Assembly: GCF_000757865.1 (NCBI RefSeq)
Contig: NZ_CP007754.1
Span: 1,770,001 to 1,802,000 of the forward strand
DNA from: Prochlorococcus sp. MIT 0801
GTDB lineage: Bacteria; Cyanobacteriota; Cyanobacteriia; PCC-6307; Cyanobiaceae
Direction of reading: 5' to 3'
DNA length: 32,000 nucleotides
Numbering within the stretch: the first letter of the stretch is position 1; each line of letters opens with the position of its first letter. A model generated the notes under the pieces. It ran no database searches, was not told where the DNA came from, and saw nothing but the letters and a program-made list of their open reading frames with translations. Positions 20,470-28,758 of the stretch are shown one piece after another. A program made the position numbers and the translations under genes.

Positions 20470-21186
20470 ATGGATGAATTAAAAAATCTTGATCAAGCAA
20501 CTATAAAACTTTTACATAAACATGATATTTTACTTGCTTTAATTAAAAATATTTTTTATGAAAAAAGTATTAACGATGTTGAATTAACTTCTATAGAGAA
20601 AAAAAATATTCAAGATCAATTCCGAAAGGAACATAAACTAAATAGCGATGAAGAGTATTACGAATGGATTAAAACTAATAATTTTAAAAAAGATGAATTT
20701 GAAACTAACATTTATTATAATGAAAAATTGAAAAAACTCTGTATAGATAAATTCTTCCACAAAACTGAATCTAGGTTTTTAAAAAGAAAATCGGAACTTG
20801 ATATTGTCGTATATAGCCTAATCAGATTAAAAGATCAATTTCAAGCTAGAGAAATTTACTTAAAACTAAAAGAGCAAGAAGCTAATTTCAATGATTTAGC
20901 ATTCCAATTCTCTGAGGGAGTTGAAAAGGTAACTAAAGGATTAATAGGTCCAATACCTCTTAACAAAGCTCACCCCAAAGTAATCGAAATCCTTAGTTCT
21001 ATAAAACCAGGAGAAATTTACAAACCTTTTACTCTGGATAATTGGCACATTATTCTTCGGTTAGAATCCTTTGAATCTGCAACTCTAGATCACAATATGA
21101 AGTTACATATGGCTAAAGAATTACTAATGGAATGGGTAGAGGAACAATCAAAGTCTATAATGAGTAGATTATTGAGTAATCCATAA
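20470..21186 (+). CDS. parvulin (PpiC/SurA/PrsA)-like peptidyl-prolyl isomerase-domain protein, no signal peptide
   Basis: ORF track, 238 aa. The C-terminal half, AREIYLKLKEQEANFNDLAFQFSEG...GLIGPIPLNKAHPKVIEILSSIKPGEIYKPFTLDNWHIILRLE, aligns by eye to the parvulin rotamase fold (E. coli PpiC ...DFGKLAKKHS...GDLGEF...FGYHIIKV). The N-terminus MDELKNLDQ is hydrophilic. Confidence 0.6.
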   Translation: MDELKNLDQATIKLLHKHDILLALIKNIFYEKSINDVELTSIEKKNIQDQFRKEHKLNSDEEYYEWIKTNNFKKDEFETNIYYNEKLKKLCIDKFFHKTESRFLKRKSELDIVVYSLIRLKDQFQAREIYLKLKEQEANFNDLAFQFSEGVEKVTKGLIGPIPLNKAHPKVIEILSSIKPGEIYKPFTLDNWHIILRLESFESATLDHNMKLHMAKELLMEWVEEQSKSIMSRLLSNP

Positions 21187-21206
21187 TTTACGCAGATTTA
21201 TAGAAA

Positions 21207-24164
21207 ATGGATAACATCAATACTCTTTCACTTAACAACTTACCACCATTCAAACTATTAAGTGAAAAAGCCTTAAACAAAGTCTTAGGTAGCTCAAAAT
21301 CTGTCATTTTTAATATCGGCCAACCATTATCTAAGGAAGAAAATATACAAGATTCAATATTATTTATTCTTGATGGAACTGCAAGACTAATAGGTCAAGA
21401 TGGCAATGAGAACTATACTATTGGCAAATTAGGTGCAGGAGCATTTGTTGGGTTAGCTTCATTGCTTAGAGTCGAAGGTTGTGAAGAAGTAAGTGCCATC
21501 ACTAAAGTAATTGCTTTATCAATACCTGATCAAATTATTATTAGTTTATATGAAGAAGAACCAGATTTTAGAGAATGGTGCAAAAGTAAACTCTTTCCTG
21601 CAGAAATACATTCTTTAGTGAGAAATCTGGCAAATGAAAACGCATTACAAGAGAATAACTTCATGTCTTTCTTTAAAGATTCATTAGCTCAAGTTAATCT
21701 ACATACTCTTCAAAATAATGAATATCTAAAAGAAGATAAAAATAGAATATTTTTTACTGCAAGTTCAAATATCGAAAATCATAATTTACATCAAATAATA
21801 GATCATAAGACTAAATTAATTGCCCGTCCACCGTTAGAGACAAGAATAATTTCTATACCTATAGATTTTTATAGATCAATAAGCAAACAGAAGGAAGATA
21901 TTTCACAGAATGAAACTGAAATAAACAATAATCTCATAGAAACCGATTCTAAAAATTTAGCACCAATTTTACCTAGCCGCAGTAGTATTGATTTGGGAAA
22001 AAATACAAATAAGAAATTTAAAAACAGAGCAATAATCAGAGCAAAAGGTAGGGCTGAAGAGGCACTTGCTTGTCTACAAATGTTATCTATACAAATGGAT
22101 TTGCCATTCAGAAAAGATGCTGTTCAAAAAATCTTAAGAGATAATTTGTCTGATGGCAGAGCACCAACAATGGAGCTTTTAGGCGGCATATGTGCAATGC
22201 TTGGATTACATGCTGGAAGTGCAAGAATATCCGCAGAGAGTGGTACTCGGTTGCAAACTCCATCTCTAATTCCATGGAAAGGAAGTTTTGTATTGGTTCA
22301 AGAAAGTAATTCCAAAGGATTAGTTATTGCATCACCTAGTGAGGGTGAATTAATAATTAATTCCGAAGAACTAGAGGATATTTTTCCCGATGGTATTGAA
22401 GTTCTATTTGTAGATAGAACCAACTCAAGTCCTCAAATTAAATTTGGAGCAAATTGGTTTTGGCCATCACTTAAAAAATATAAAACAGTTTTATCTCAAG
22501 TATTTTTAGCTTCATTCATCGTTCAACTTTTTGGTTTAGCTAATCCTTTATTAATCCAGGTTATTATCGACAAAGTCATTAATCAAAGAAGTTTAGACAC
22601 TCTTCAAATACTTGGTATTGCCCTCATTTTTGTAACTATTCTTGGTGGCATAATGGGTGGTCTAAGAACATTTATGTTTACAGAAACTACGAATCGTATA
22701 GATACCAGATTAGGATCTGAAGTTATAGATCATTTATTAAGATTACCACTTAATTATTTTGATAAAAGACCCGTTGGTGAACTCGGAAGTCGAATTGCAG
22801 AATTAGAAAAGATTAGAAACTTTTTAACTGGTCAAGCCCTTACAACTGTTCTTGATGCGGCATTCTCTGTAATATATATATTAGTGATGGTTATTTATAG
22901 CTGGCTATTAACATTTATAGCTTTAGCAGTTGTTCCTTTACAAGTTGGTTTAACTTTAATAGGAACTCCTTTAATAAGAAAACAAATAAGAGAGGTCGCA
23001 ATTGAAAATGCAAATACACAAAGTCACCTAGTTGAAGTTCTTACTGGAATTCAAACGGTAAAAGCACAAAATGTTGAAACTGTTAGTCGTTGGAAATGGC
23101 AAAACCTTTACAATAAATACATTTCCAGAACATTTGAGAGAACCATAACTGGGACAGCTTTAAACGAAACTAGTCAAGTATTACAGCAACTCTCTCAACT
23201 GCTAGTCCTTTGGGTTGGTGCTTCTTTAGTTTTATCTGGGAAACTAACATTAGGTCAACTAATTGCTTTTAGAATAATTTCTGGTTACGTAACACAACCA
23301 CTTCTAAGACTCAGTACTATTTGGCAAAACCTACAAGAATTGAGAGTTTCTTTCGAAAGATTAGCCGATATAATTGACACCCCTGAGGAATCTTCAGAAT
23401 CCGACAAAACCAACATTCCACTACCATCTATAAAAGGTAAAGTAGAGTTCAAAAATGTATCTTTTGCTTTTGATAACAGTGAAATTAATGTATTAAATAA
23501 CATTAACCTTGATATAGATCAGGGAACTTTTACTGGAATAGTTGGACAGAGCGGAAGCGGAAAAAGCACTTTAATGAAATTGCTTCCAAGACTATATAGC
23601 CCTAATTCAGGAACAATAAAAATAGATAACTATGACATTAATAAAGTTGAACTTTATTCTTTGAGACGACAAGTAGGTATCGTTCCACAAGACCCTCTGT
23701 TATTTGCTGGAACAGTCAGTGAAAATATTGCATTAACTGATCCTGAGGCATCTAGCGACAAAATTGTGCAAGCTGCAAGAATCGCTGGTGCTCATGAGTT
23801 TATAATGGAATTACCAAATGGATATAGTTCAAATGTAGGAGAGAGAGGAGCTGGGCTTTCAGGCGGTCAAAGACAAAGAATTGCAATAGCTAGAACAATA
23901 ATCAGTAAACCTAAACTTCTTATAATGGATGAGGCTACTAGTGCACTTGATTACAACACTGAGAGGCAAGTCTGCGACAACTTAAAAGAATTCTGTAAAA
24001 ACACAACAGTATTTTTCATTACGCACCGCTTAAGTACAATCAAAAATGCCGATTTAGTTGTGATGTTACACCAAGGATCATTATGTGAAATTGGCACCCA
24101 TGAAGAGCTAATGAATAAACTTGGAAGGTACTATGCTCTTTATAGACAGCAGGAGGCAAGTTGA
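21207..24164 (+). CDS. ABC exporter (type I secretion / bacteriocin-exporter architecture): cNMP-binding-like domain + C39-peptidase-like domain + 6-TM domain + NBD
   Basis: ORF track, 985 aa. The NBD has Walker A GQSGSGKST, signature LSGGQRQRIAIAR, Walker B LLIMDEATSALD and H-loop ITHRL. The TM domain spans roughly residues 425-700. The N-terminal CAP-effector-like segment is FNIGQPLSKEENIQDSILFILDGTARLIG...GAGAFVGLASLL. The C39-like segment covers about residues 275-405. Confidence 0.85.
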   Translation: MDNINTLSLNNLPPFKLLSEKALNKVLGSSKSVIFNIGQPLSKEENIQDSILFILDGTARLIGQDGNENYTIGKLGAGAFVGLASLLRVEGCEEVSAITKVIALSIPDQIIISLYEEEPDFREWCKSKLFPAEIHSLVRNLANENALQENNFMSFFKDSLAQVNLHTLQNNEYLKEDKNRIFFTASSNIENHNLHQIIDHKTKLIARPPLETRIISIPIDFYRSISKQKEDISQNETEINNNLIETDSKNLAPILPSRSSIDLGKNTNKKFKNRAIIRAKGRAEEALACLQMLSIQMDLPFRKDAVQKILRDNLSDGRAPTMELLGGICAMLGLHAGSARISAESGTRLQTPSLIPWKGSFVLVQESNSKGLVIASPSEGELIINSEELEDIFPDGIEVLFVDRTNSSPQIKFGANWFWPSLKKYKTVLSQVFLASFIVQLFGLANPLLIQVIIDKVINQRSLDTLQILGIALIFVTILGGIMGGLRTFMFTETTNRIDTRLGSEVIDHLLRLPLNYFDKRPVGELGSRIAELEKIRNFLTGQALTTVLDAAFSVIYILVMVIYSWLLTFIALAVVPLQVGLTLIGTPLIRKQIREVAIENANTQSHLVEVLTGIQTVKAQNVETVSRWKWQNLYNKYISRTFERTITGTALNETSQVLQQLSQLLVLWVGASLVLSGKLTLGQLIAFRIISGYVTQPLLRLSTIWQNLQELRVSFERLADIIDTPEESSESDKTNIPLPSIKGKVEFKNVSFAFDNSEINVLNNINLDIDQGTFTGIVGQSGSGKSTLMKLLPRLYSPNSGTIKIDNYDINKVELYSLRRQVGIVPQDPLLFAGTVSENIALTDPEASSDKIVQAARIAGAHEFIMELPNGYSSNVGERGAGLSGGQRQRIAIARTIISKPKLLIMDEATSALDYNTERQVCDNLKEFCKNTTVFFITHRLSTIKNADLVVMLHQGSLCEIGTHEELMNKLGRYYALYRQQEAS

Positions 24165-25300
24165 TTAATAAAATTAAAAAACTAAATATTTCTTCGTTAT
24201 ATGAAAAAAACTTTTGGATAAATAATAAAAAAATTATTCTTGATAAAATCAAAATCAATAAATTAGTTAAAAAATTCAATTATTTAAGACAGAATAATAT
24301 TATTGGAAAAACATATAATCAAATTTCACTTGATAAAATAGAACCTAATAGATGGATTAAGAAATTAAAAGATTTCAGTGAAAAAGCTATTGCTCGAAAC
24401 TCAAATGAAGTTGTTTTAAAAGATTCAACTTATTGGGCAAGCGCAATTAGTTGGTCAATTATGGGTGGAACTGTGTTTGGCTTAAGTTGGTTGGCATTTG
24501 CCAAGACAGAAGAGATAGTAATCGCTCAAGGGAAACTCGAACCAATAAATGGTGTAGTAGATGTTCAAATGCCTTTTGAGGGTATCATTGGAGAAATACT
24601 TGTTGAGGAAGGTGAGAAAGTTGAAAAAGGTCAAATCCTACTTAAATTAGATACCGAAGTGACTGATGCAAGGAGAAAAGCATTATCTAATAGTTTATTG
24701 ATTAGTAAAGATTTGCTAGAAAGATATAAAGCTCTTGTTAAAGAAGGGGCAATTGCAGAAATACAGCTTCTCGATCAACAAAATAAAATTTCTGAATTAG
24801 AAAGCAGGATAGCCGAGTCAAACGTCACACTAAAATATCAATCGATTATTGCACCTTCAAATGGAATAGTTTTTGATTTGAAGCCAAAAGCATCTGGTTT
24901 TGTTGGGAGAACAACCGAGCCAGTCATGAAAATAGTCCCTATTGAAAAACTAAAAGCAACAGTAGAAATAGCAAGCAAAGATATAGGTTTTGTAAGTGTT
25001 GGTAAATCAGTGGATATAAGTATTGATTCATTTCCTGCTACAGATTTTGGAGTAATTCACGGACAGGTAACTAAAATTGGATCCGATGCATTGGTGCCCG
25101 AGCCATCTCAAAATAAGGGGTTTAGGTTCCCTGCAGATATCAAATTGGAATCACAGCACTTAATCTTAAAGAATAAAAAAAGGCTACCATTGCAAACAGG
25201 TATGAGTCTTACTGCAAATATAAAATTAAGAAAAGTTAGCTATCTACAATTGCTTTTAAATAATTTTGAAGACAAAGCTGATTCTTTGAGAGCTCTATAA
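24161..25300 (+). CDS. HlyD-family membrane fusion / periplasmic adaptor protein
   Basis: ORF track, 379 aa. The TTG start overlaps the ABC gene stop by 4 nt, with AGGAGG at 24151-24156. It has one TM segment (WASAISWSIMGGTVFGLSWLAF), a lipoyl-like motif (GIIGEILVEEGEKVEKGQILLKLD), a short coiled-coil hairpin, and a beta-barrel (IIAPSNGIVFDL...). Confidence 0.8.
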   Translation: MINKIKKLNISSLYEKNFWINNKKIILDKIKINKLVKKFNYLRQNNIIGKTYNQISLDKIEPNRWIKKLKDFSEKAIARNSNEVVLKDSTYWASAISWSIMGGTVFGLSWLAFAKTEEIVIAQGKLEPINGVVDVQMPFEGIIGEILVEEGEKVEKGQILLKLDTEVTDARRKALSNSLLISKDLLERYKALVKEGAIAEIQLLDQQNKISELESRIAESNVTLKYQSIIAPSNGIVFDLKPKASGFVGRTTEPVMKIVPIEKLKATVEIASKDIGFVSVGKSVDISIDSFPATDFGVIHGQVTKIGSDALVPEPSQNKGFRFPADIKLESQHLILKNKKRLPLQTGMSLTANIKLRKVSYLQLLLNNFEDKADSLRAL

Positions 25301-25303
25301 AAA

Positions 25304-25909
25304 TTGAGTATTAACTATAAAAAAAAGTTTCTCCATGTTGGATGCGGAGTTAAAGACATCTCTAATACTCCTTTTAAGTTATCAAGTTGGGAAGAAATTA
25401 GATTTGATATTGATCCGCAAGTAAATCCTGATGTTGTTGGAAGTATGACAGAGATGAATAACATTGAAAATAATTCACTAGATGCAATTTTCTCATCTCA
25501 TAATATTGAGCATTTATATCCACACGAAGTCACAGTAGCATTAAAAGAATTTCAAAAAAAACTTAAACCTCAAGGATTTATTTTGATAACATGCCCTGAT
25601 TTAAAGTCTGTTTGTTCACTTGTTGTACAAGATAAATTACTCGAACCTGCTTATGAAAGTGGCAAAGGACCTATCTCGCCATTAGATATAATTTACGGTC
25701 ACAGAAGTTCAATTGCAAAAGGTAATACATTTATGGCACATAAATGCGGATTCACAGAGAAAGTGCTTATCAAAGTTCTTCAAAAATCTGGTTTTTGTCA
25801 AGTTATAAGTCAAACGAGAAGTTCGGAATTTGATATTTGGGCATTGGCAACTTGTAAGGAATGGCAAGAAAAAGATATAAAATCTTTAGCAATAGATTTA
25901 TTTCCATAA
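25304..25909 (+). CDS. small class I SAM-dependent methyltransferase
   Basis: ORF track, 201 aa. Motif I is FLHVGCG near the N-terminus, followed by an acidic-loop D (IRFDID) and LDAIFSSHNIEHL (Methyltransf_11-like). The TTG start lies 3 nt after the HlyD stop and in the same frame. Confidence 0.7.
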   Translation: MSINYKKKFLHVGCGVKDISNTPFKLSSWEEIRFDIDPQVNPDVVGSMTEMNNIENNSLDAIFSSHNIEHLYPHEVTVALKEFQKKLKPQGFILITCPDLKSVCSLVVQDKLLEPAYESGKGPISPLDIIYGHRSSIAKGNTFMAHKCGFTEKVLIKVLQKSGFCQVISQTRSSEFDIWALATCKEWQEKDIKSLAIDLFP

Positions 25910-25910
25910 T

Positions 25911-27140
25911 TCATAAAAGACTTTTAACCCATGAAATTTGCTTTGGTAAGCATATAGTTTTCAAATCGTAAGTTTTCACAATAAATTTTCTGGCATTCTC
26001 AGATAGTTTTGATCGTAATTTAAAATTATTTAAAATACTTAAGATTTGTTTTGAAAGATCCTCAAAATCAAAAAAATCTACATACACACCATTTTCATGA
26101 TCTTTTATAATTTCATGTAAGGGTTCTGTATTACTGACAATCACAGGACAACCAATACTCATTGCCTCCAATAAACTCCAAGAGAGTACAAATGGATAGG
26201 TTAAATATACATGAATAGTTGATATTTGTAAAACAGACATATATTTATCATATGTCAAAGTTCCAAGAAAGATTACTCTTTTATATTGATCATCGGTCAA
26301 TTTCTCTTTAACCTCATTGGCATAAATATCTTTCCAAGTTTTACCATTCTCAGGGAGGGTTCCATAACTAGTTGAGTCTCCTCCTACAATTAATACATAT
26401 AAATTAGGCCTTTCCTTTAATATCTTAGGTAATGACCTCATAAAAGTATGAAATCCTCGATAAGGCTCGAGATTACGATTGACAAAGGTTATAATCTCAT
26501 TACTTTTTGATAATTTCAATCCAGAATCTAAAGTAATTTCAATCGAATCATTAGGCCTTAATAAAGTAGTATTTATACCATCATGAATAACACTAATTTT
26601 TTTTTGGAAATATTCTGGAAAGGTACTTTTTTGCCATTTGGTTGGACTAATACCAACATCAGCAATTTGTAAATGAAGATTATTATTAATATTTTTCATC
26701 ATTACTCTACATGGATCACCAGGGTCCGTAATCGGAAATTCAGGATCAAAATTAATATCTGCTCCTAAAGAACGATAAAAGAATTCGCAGTAAATAGCTA
26801 TTTTGGCATCAGGCCATATTTCTTTTAAAAATAGACTTTCTCCCCATGCTGGATGAGAAATTATAAGATTTGGTTTATATCCTTTTTGACATAATTCATA
26901 TGCAGCCCTAAAACAATATTCTCCTCTAATAGTTTTAGTTTCTAAATCAGTAAGCCAAGGATGTATATTTTTCGAACTTGATCGTTTAATAGGATAATTA
27001 AAAAATCGTATTCCATCAATATTTTTAGAAACTGATTGTGAATTGGTCAAGGTGGTTATATTAAGTCCTTCACGAACAAGAGCAGGGGCTAAATGAATAA
27101 ACTGGGCTGGAAAATTTTGATGTATAAATAATATATCCAT
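25911..27140 (-). CDS. GT-B fold glycosyltransferase (group 1 / GT4-like)
   Basis: ORF track, 409 aa. The C-terminal motif LLEAMSIGCPVIVSNTEPLHEIIKDHENGVYVDF is the EAM-x-G-x-PV...E...G signature of retaining GT4 enzymes. It is the last gene of the minus-strand operon. Confidence 0.75.
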   Translation of the reverse strand: MDILFIHQNFPAQFIHLAPALVREGLNITTLTNSQSVSKNIDGIRFFNYPIKRSSSKNIHPWLTDLETKTIRGEYCFRAAYELCQKGYKPNLIISHPAWGESLFLKEIWPDAKIAIYCEFFYRSLGADINFDPEFPITDPGDPCRVMMKNINNNLHLQIADVGISPTKWQKSTFPEYFQKKISVIHDGINTTLLRPNDSIEITLDSGLKLSKSNEIITFVNRNLEPYRGFHTFMRSLPKILKERPNLYVLIVGGDSTSYGTLPENGKTWKDIYANEVKEKLTDDQYKRVIFLGTLTYDKYMSVLQISTIHVYLTYPFVLSWSLLEAMSIGCPVIVSNTEPLHEIIKDHENGVYVDFFDFEDLSKQILSILNNFKLRSKLSENARKFIVKTYDLKTICLPKQISWVKSLL

Positions 27141-27154
27141 GTCTATGTAAAATC

Positions 27155-28699
27155 CTATGAGGAGCTAATATTTTCTAATCTTAGTATATTTAATATATTC
27201 CATTCTAAAAAATCATAACGTTTTATAAGAGATGCTTCAATCATTAATCTTTTATTTATTGGTTGAATTAATTTATCCAAATTCAAAATGGAACTATTCT
27301 TTTCAAAATATGTTAATAGTTCAAGTCCCATTAAATTTTTATTAGCAAAATATATCCTACTAGGTGATTGAAATCCAATTTTCTTCCTATATACAATGTC
27401 ATGAGGTAGATATTTGATCAGAATATCTTTAATACATTTTTTATAAATACTTTCATTATTTAATATATTAAATTGAGTTGAAAAACAGAAATCAAAAAAA
27501 TCATTTGTTAGGAAGGGAAAAATCATAGCCATTTTTGAACATCCAGATGCAGCAAATAATGTCGATATATGATCTTGTAAAACAAATAAAGAATGAAAGC
27601 ATCTTTGGTTATCAGCAAATGACTTTTTCGTATTAAAACTTTGTTCAACTAATTTTGTAAAATTTAAATCCTGAATACAAACTTTTTCTAAGAAGTATTC
27701 AGAAACTTCTTCTAATGGAATTTTATTATAATCTTGAGCAGTGAATAAATAATTAAAATAATCTTGATAGCTTTTATTTCCTTGATTAATTAAGGTAGAA
27801 ACTTCTATCTTTTCGGTTCCAATAATTACTTCATCAGGGCCTGATCCGTTAATAATTATACTCTCATTATCTAGATTATTCTTAACAAATGATGTTTGAC
27901 AATGAAATGCAGTTCCATATGTATGGTACAAACCTTTAGTTTGATGTATCAATTCTAAATTAAATTTATTGAAATCTGAAACATCAATCTTACATAATTG
28001 ATTATTTATAGAATAAATATCCGCAACCCTTTTTGACCAAATCCAATCATCAAAATCAGTTCTCCAATCAGAATGATAGAAAGTATTTGAAATAATAGAA
28101 TCAGAATCAAAACCTACATGATTCATTAATGATAATAATAAAGATGAATCATTTCCTCCAGAAAGATTGAGAAGTATTTTATTTGAATTATCTTCAATTG
28201 ATCTAATATTTTCTATAGAATTCAAAATTATTTCTTCTAAAATCTCAATTTTGAAATCATTAGATATATTAGGAAAATAATTTTCTATATTTATCACCTT
28301 AAAATTTTTATTTATGAAAATTAATCTTTCATAAGGACATAATTTCTTGATATTTTTATATGGAGTATCTGAGCCAAAAAGGATTCCATTCGTAATATAA
28401 TGACTCATTGAATTAATACAATATTCATCATCTGGTAAAACCAAATCACTTAAGGATGTAGATATATAAGAACAATCCAAGCGATAATAAAGAGGAATAC
28501 TACCAAATTTATCTCTTAAAATTGAAACCTTATTATCAGAAAATTTAATTTCTATATAATTACCATCTATTTTATTTATCAAACCTTTATATTGTCTTCC
28601 AACTAATATTCTTCCAGAGGATCCATTTAAGGTCTCTTTTACATAACGCGAAGGGAATAGAGTTGAAAACCTTATTCCATTAAATTCAAAATTCTTCAT
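27155..28699 (-). CDS. asparagine synthetase B-family adenylating enzyme lacking the N-terminal glutaminase nucleophile
   Basis: ORF track, 514 aa. The PP-loop is LLNLSGGNDSSLLL (SGGxDS). A remnant of the Ntn domain is present (LRDKFGSIPLYY), but the protein starts MKNFEFNG with no Met-Cys, and about 80 residues of the glutaminase domain seem absent. Confidence 0.7.
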   Translation of the reverse strand: MKNFEFNGIRFSTLFPSRYVKETLNGSSGRILVGRQYKGLINKIDGNYIEIKFSDNKVSILRDKFGSIPLYYRLDCSYISTSLSDLVLPDDEYCINSMSHYITNGILFGSDTPYKNIKKLCPYERLIFINKNFKVINIENYFPNISNDFKIEILEEIILNSIENIRSIEDNSNKILLNLSGGNDSSLLLSLMNHVGFDSDSIISNTFYHSDWRTDFDDWIWSKRVADIYSINNQLCKIDVSDFNKFNLELIHQTKGLYHTYGTAFHCQTSFVKNNLDNESIIINGSGPDEVIIGTEKIEVSTLINQGNKSYQDYFNYLFTAQDYNKIPLEEVSEYFLEKVCIQDLNFTKLVEQSFNTKKSFADNQRCFHSLFVLQDHISTLFAASGCSKMAMIFPFLTNDFFDFCFSTQFNILNNESIYKKCIKDILIKYLPHDIVYRKKIGFQSPSRIYFANKNLMGLELLTYFEKNSSILNLDKLIQPINKRLMIEASLIKRYDFLEWNILNILRLENISSS

Positions 28700-28758
28700 A
28701 CATAAGATAATCGATCAGAATTTAGGATAATTCATAAATACTAAGATTAATATTTAAG

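Noticed and set aside
20267-24164. Considered whether the module is a prochlorosin/lanthipeptide or double-glycine bacteriocin export locus.
   Set aside because: There is no LanM/LanB/LanC-like gene in the window. The 63-aa protein has no Cys and no GG/GA leader motif. The C39-like domain appears to lack the Cys/His/Asp triad needed for leader cleavage.
27155-28699. Considered whether the nucleophile-less AsnB homologue marks a lasso-peptide (McjC-like cyclase) or other RiPP cluster.
   Set aside because: There is no adjacent transglutaminase-like leader protease, RiPP recognition element protein or short precursor ORF. Both flanking genes are sugar-modifying enzymes in one operon. A glycan context is the better explanation.
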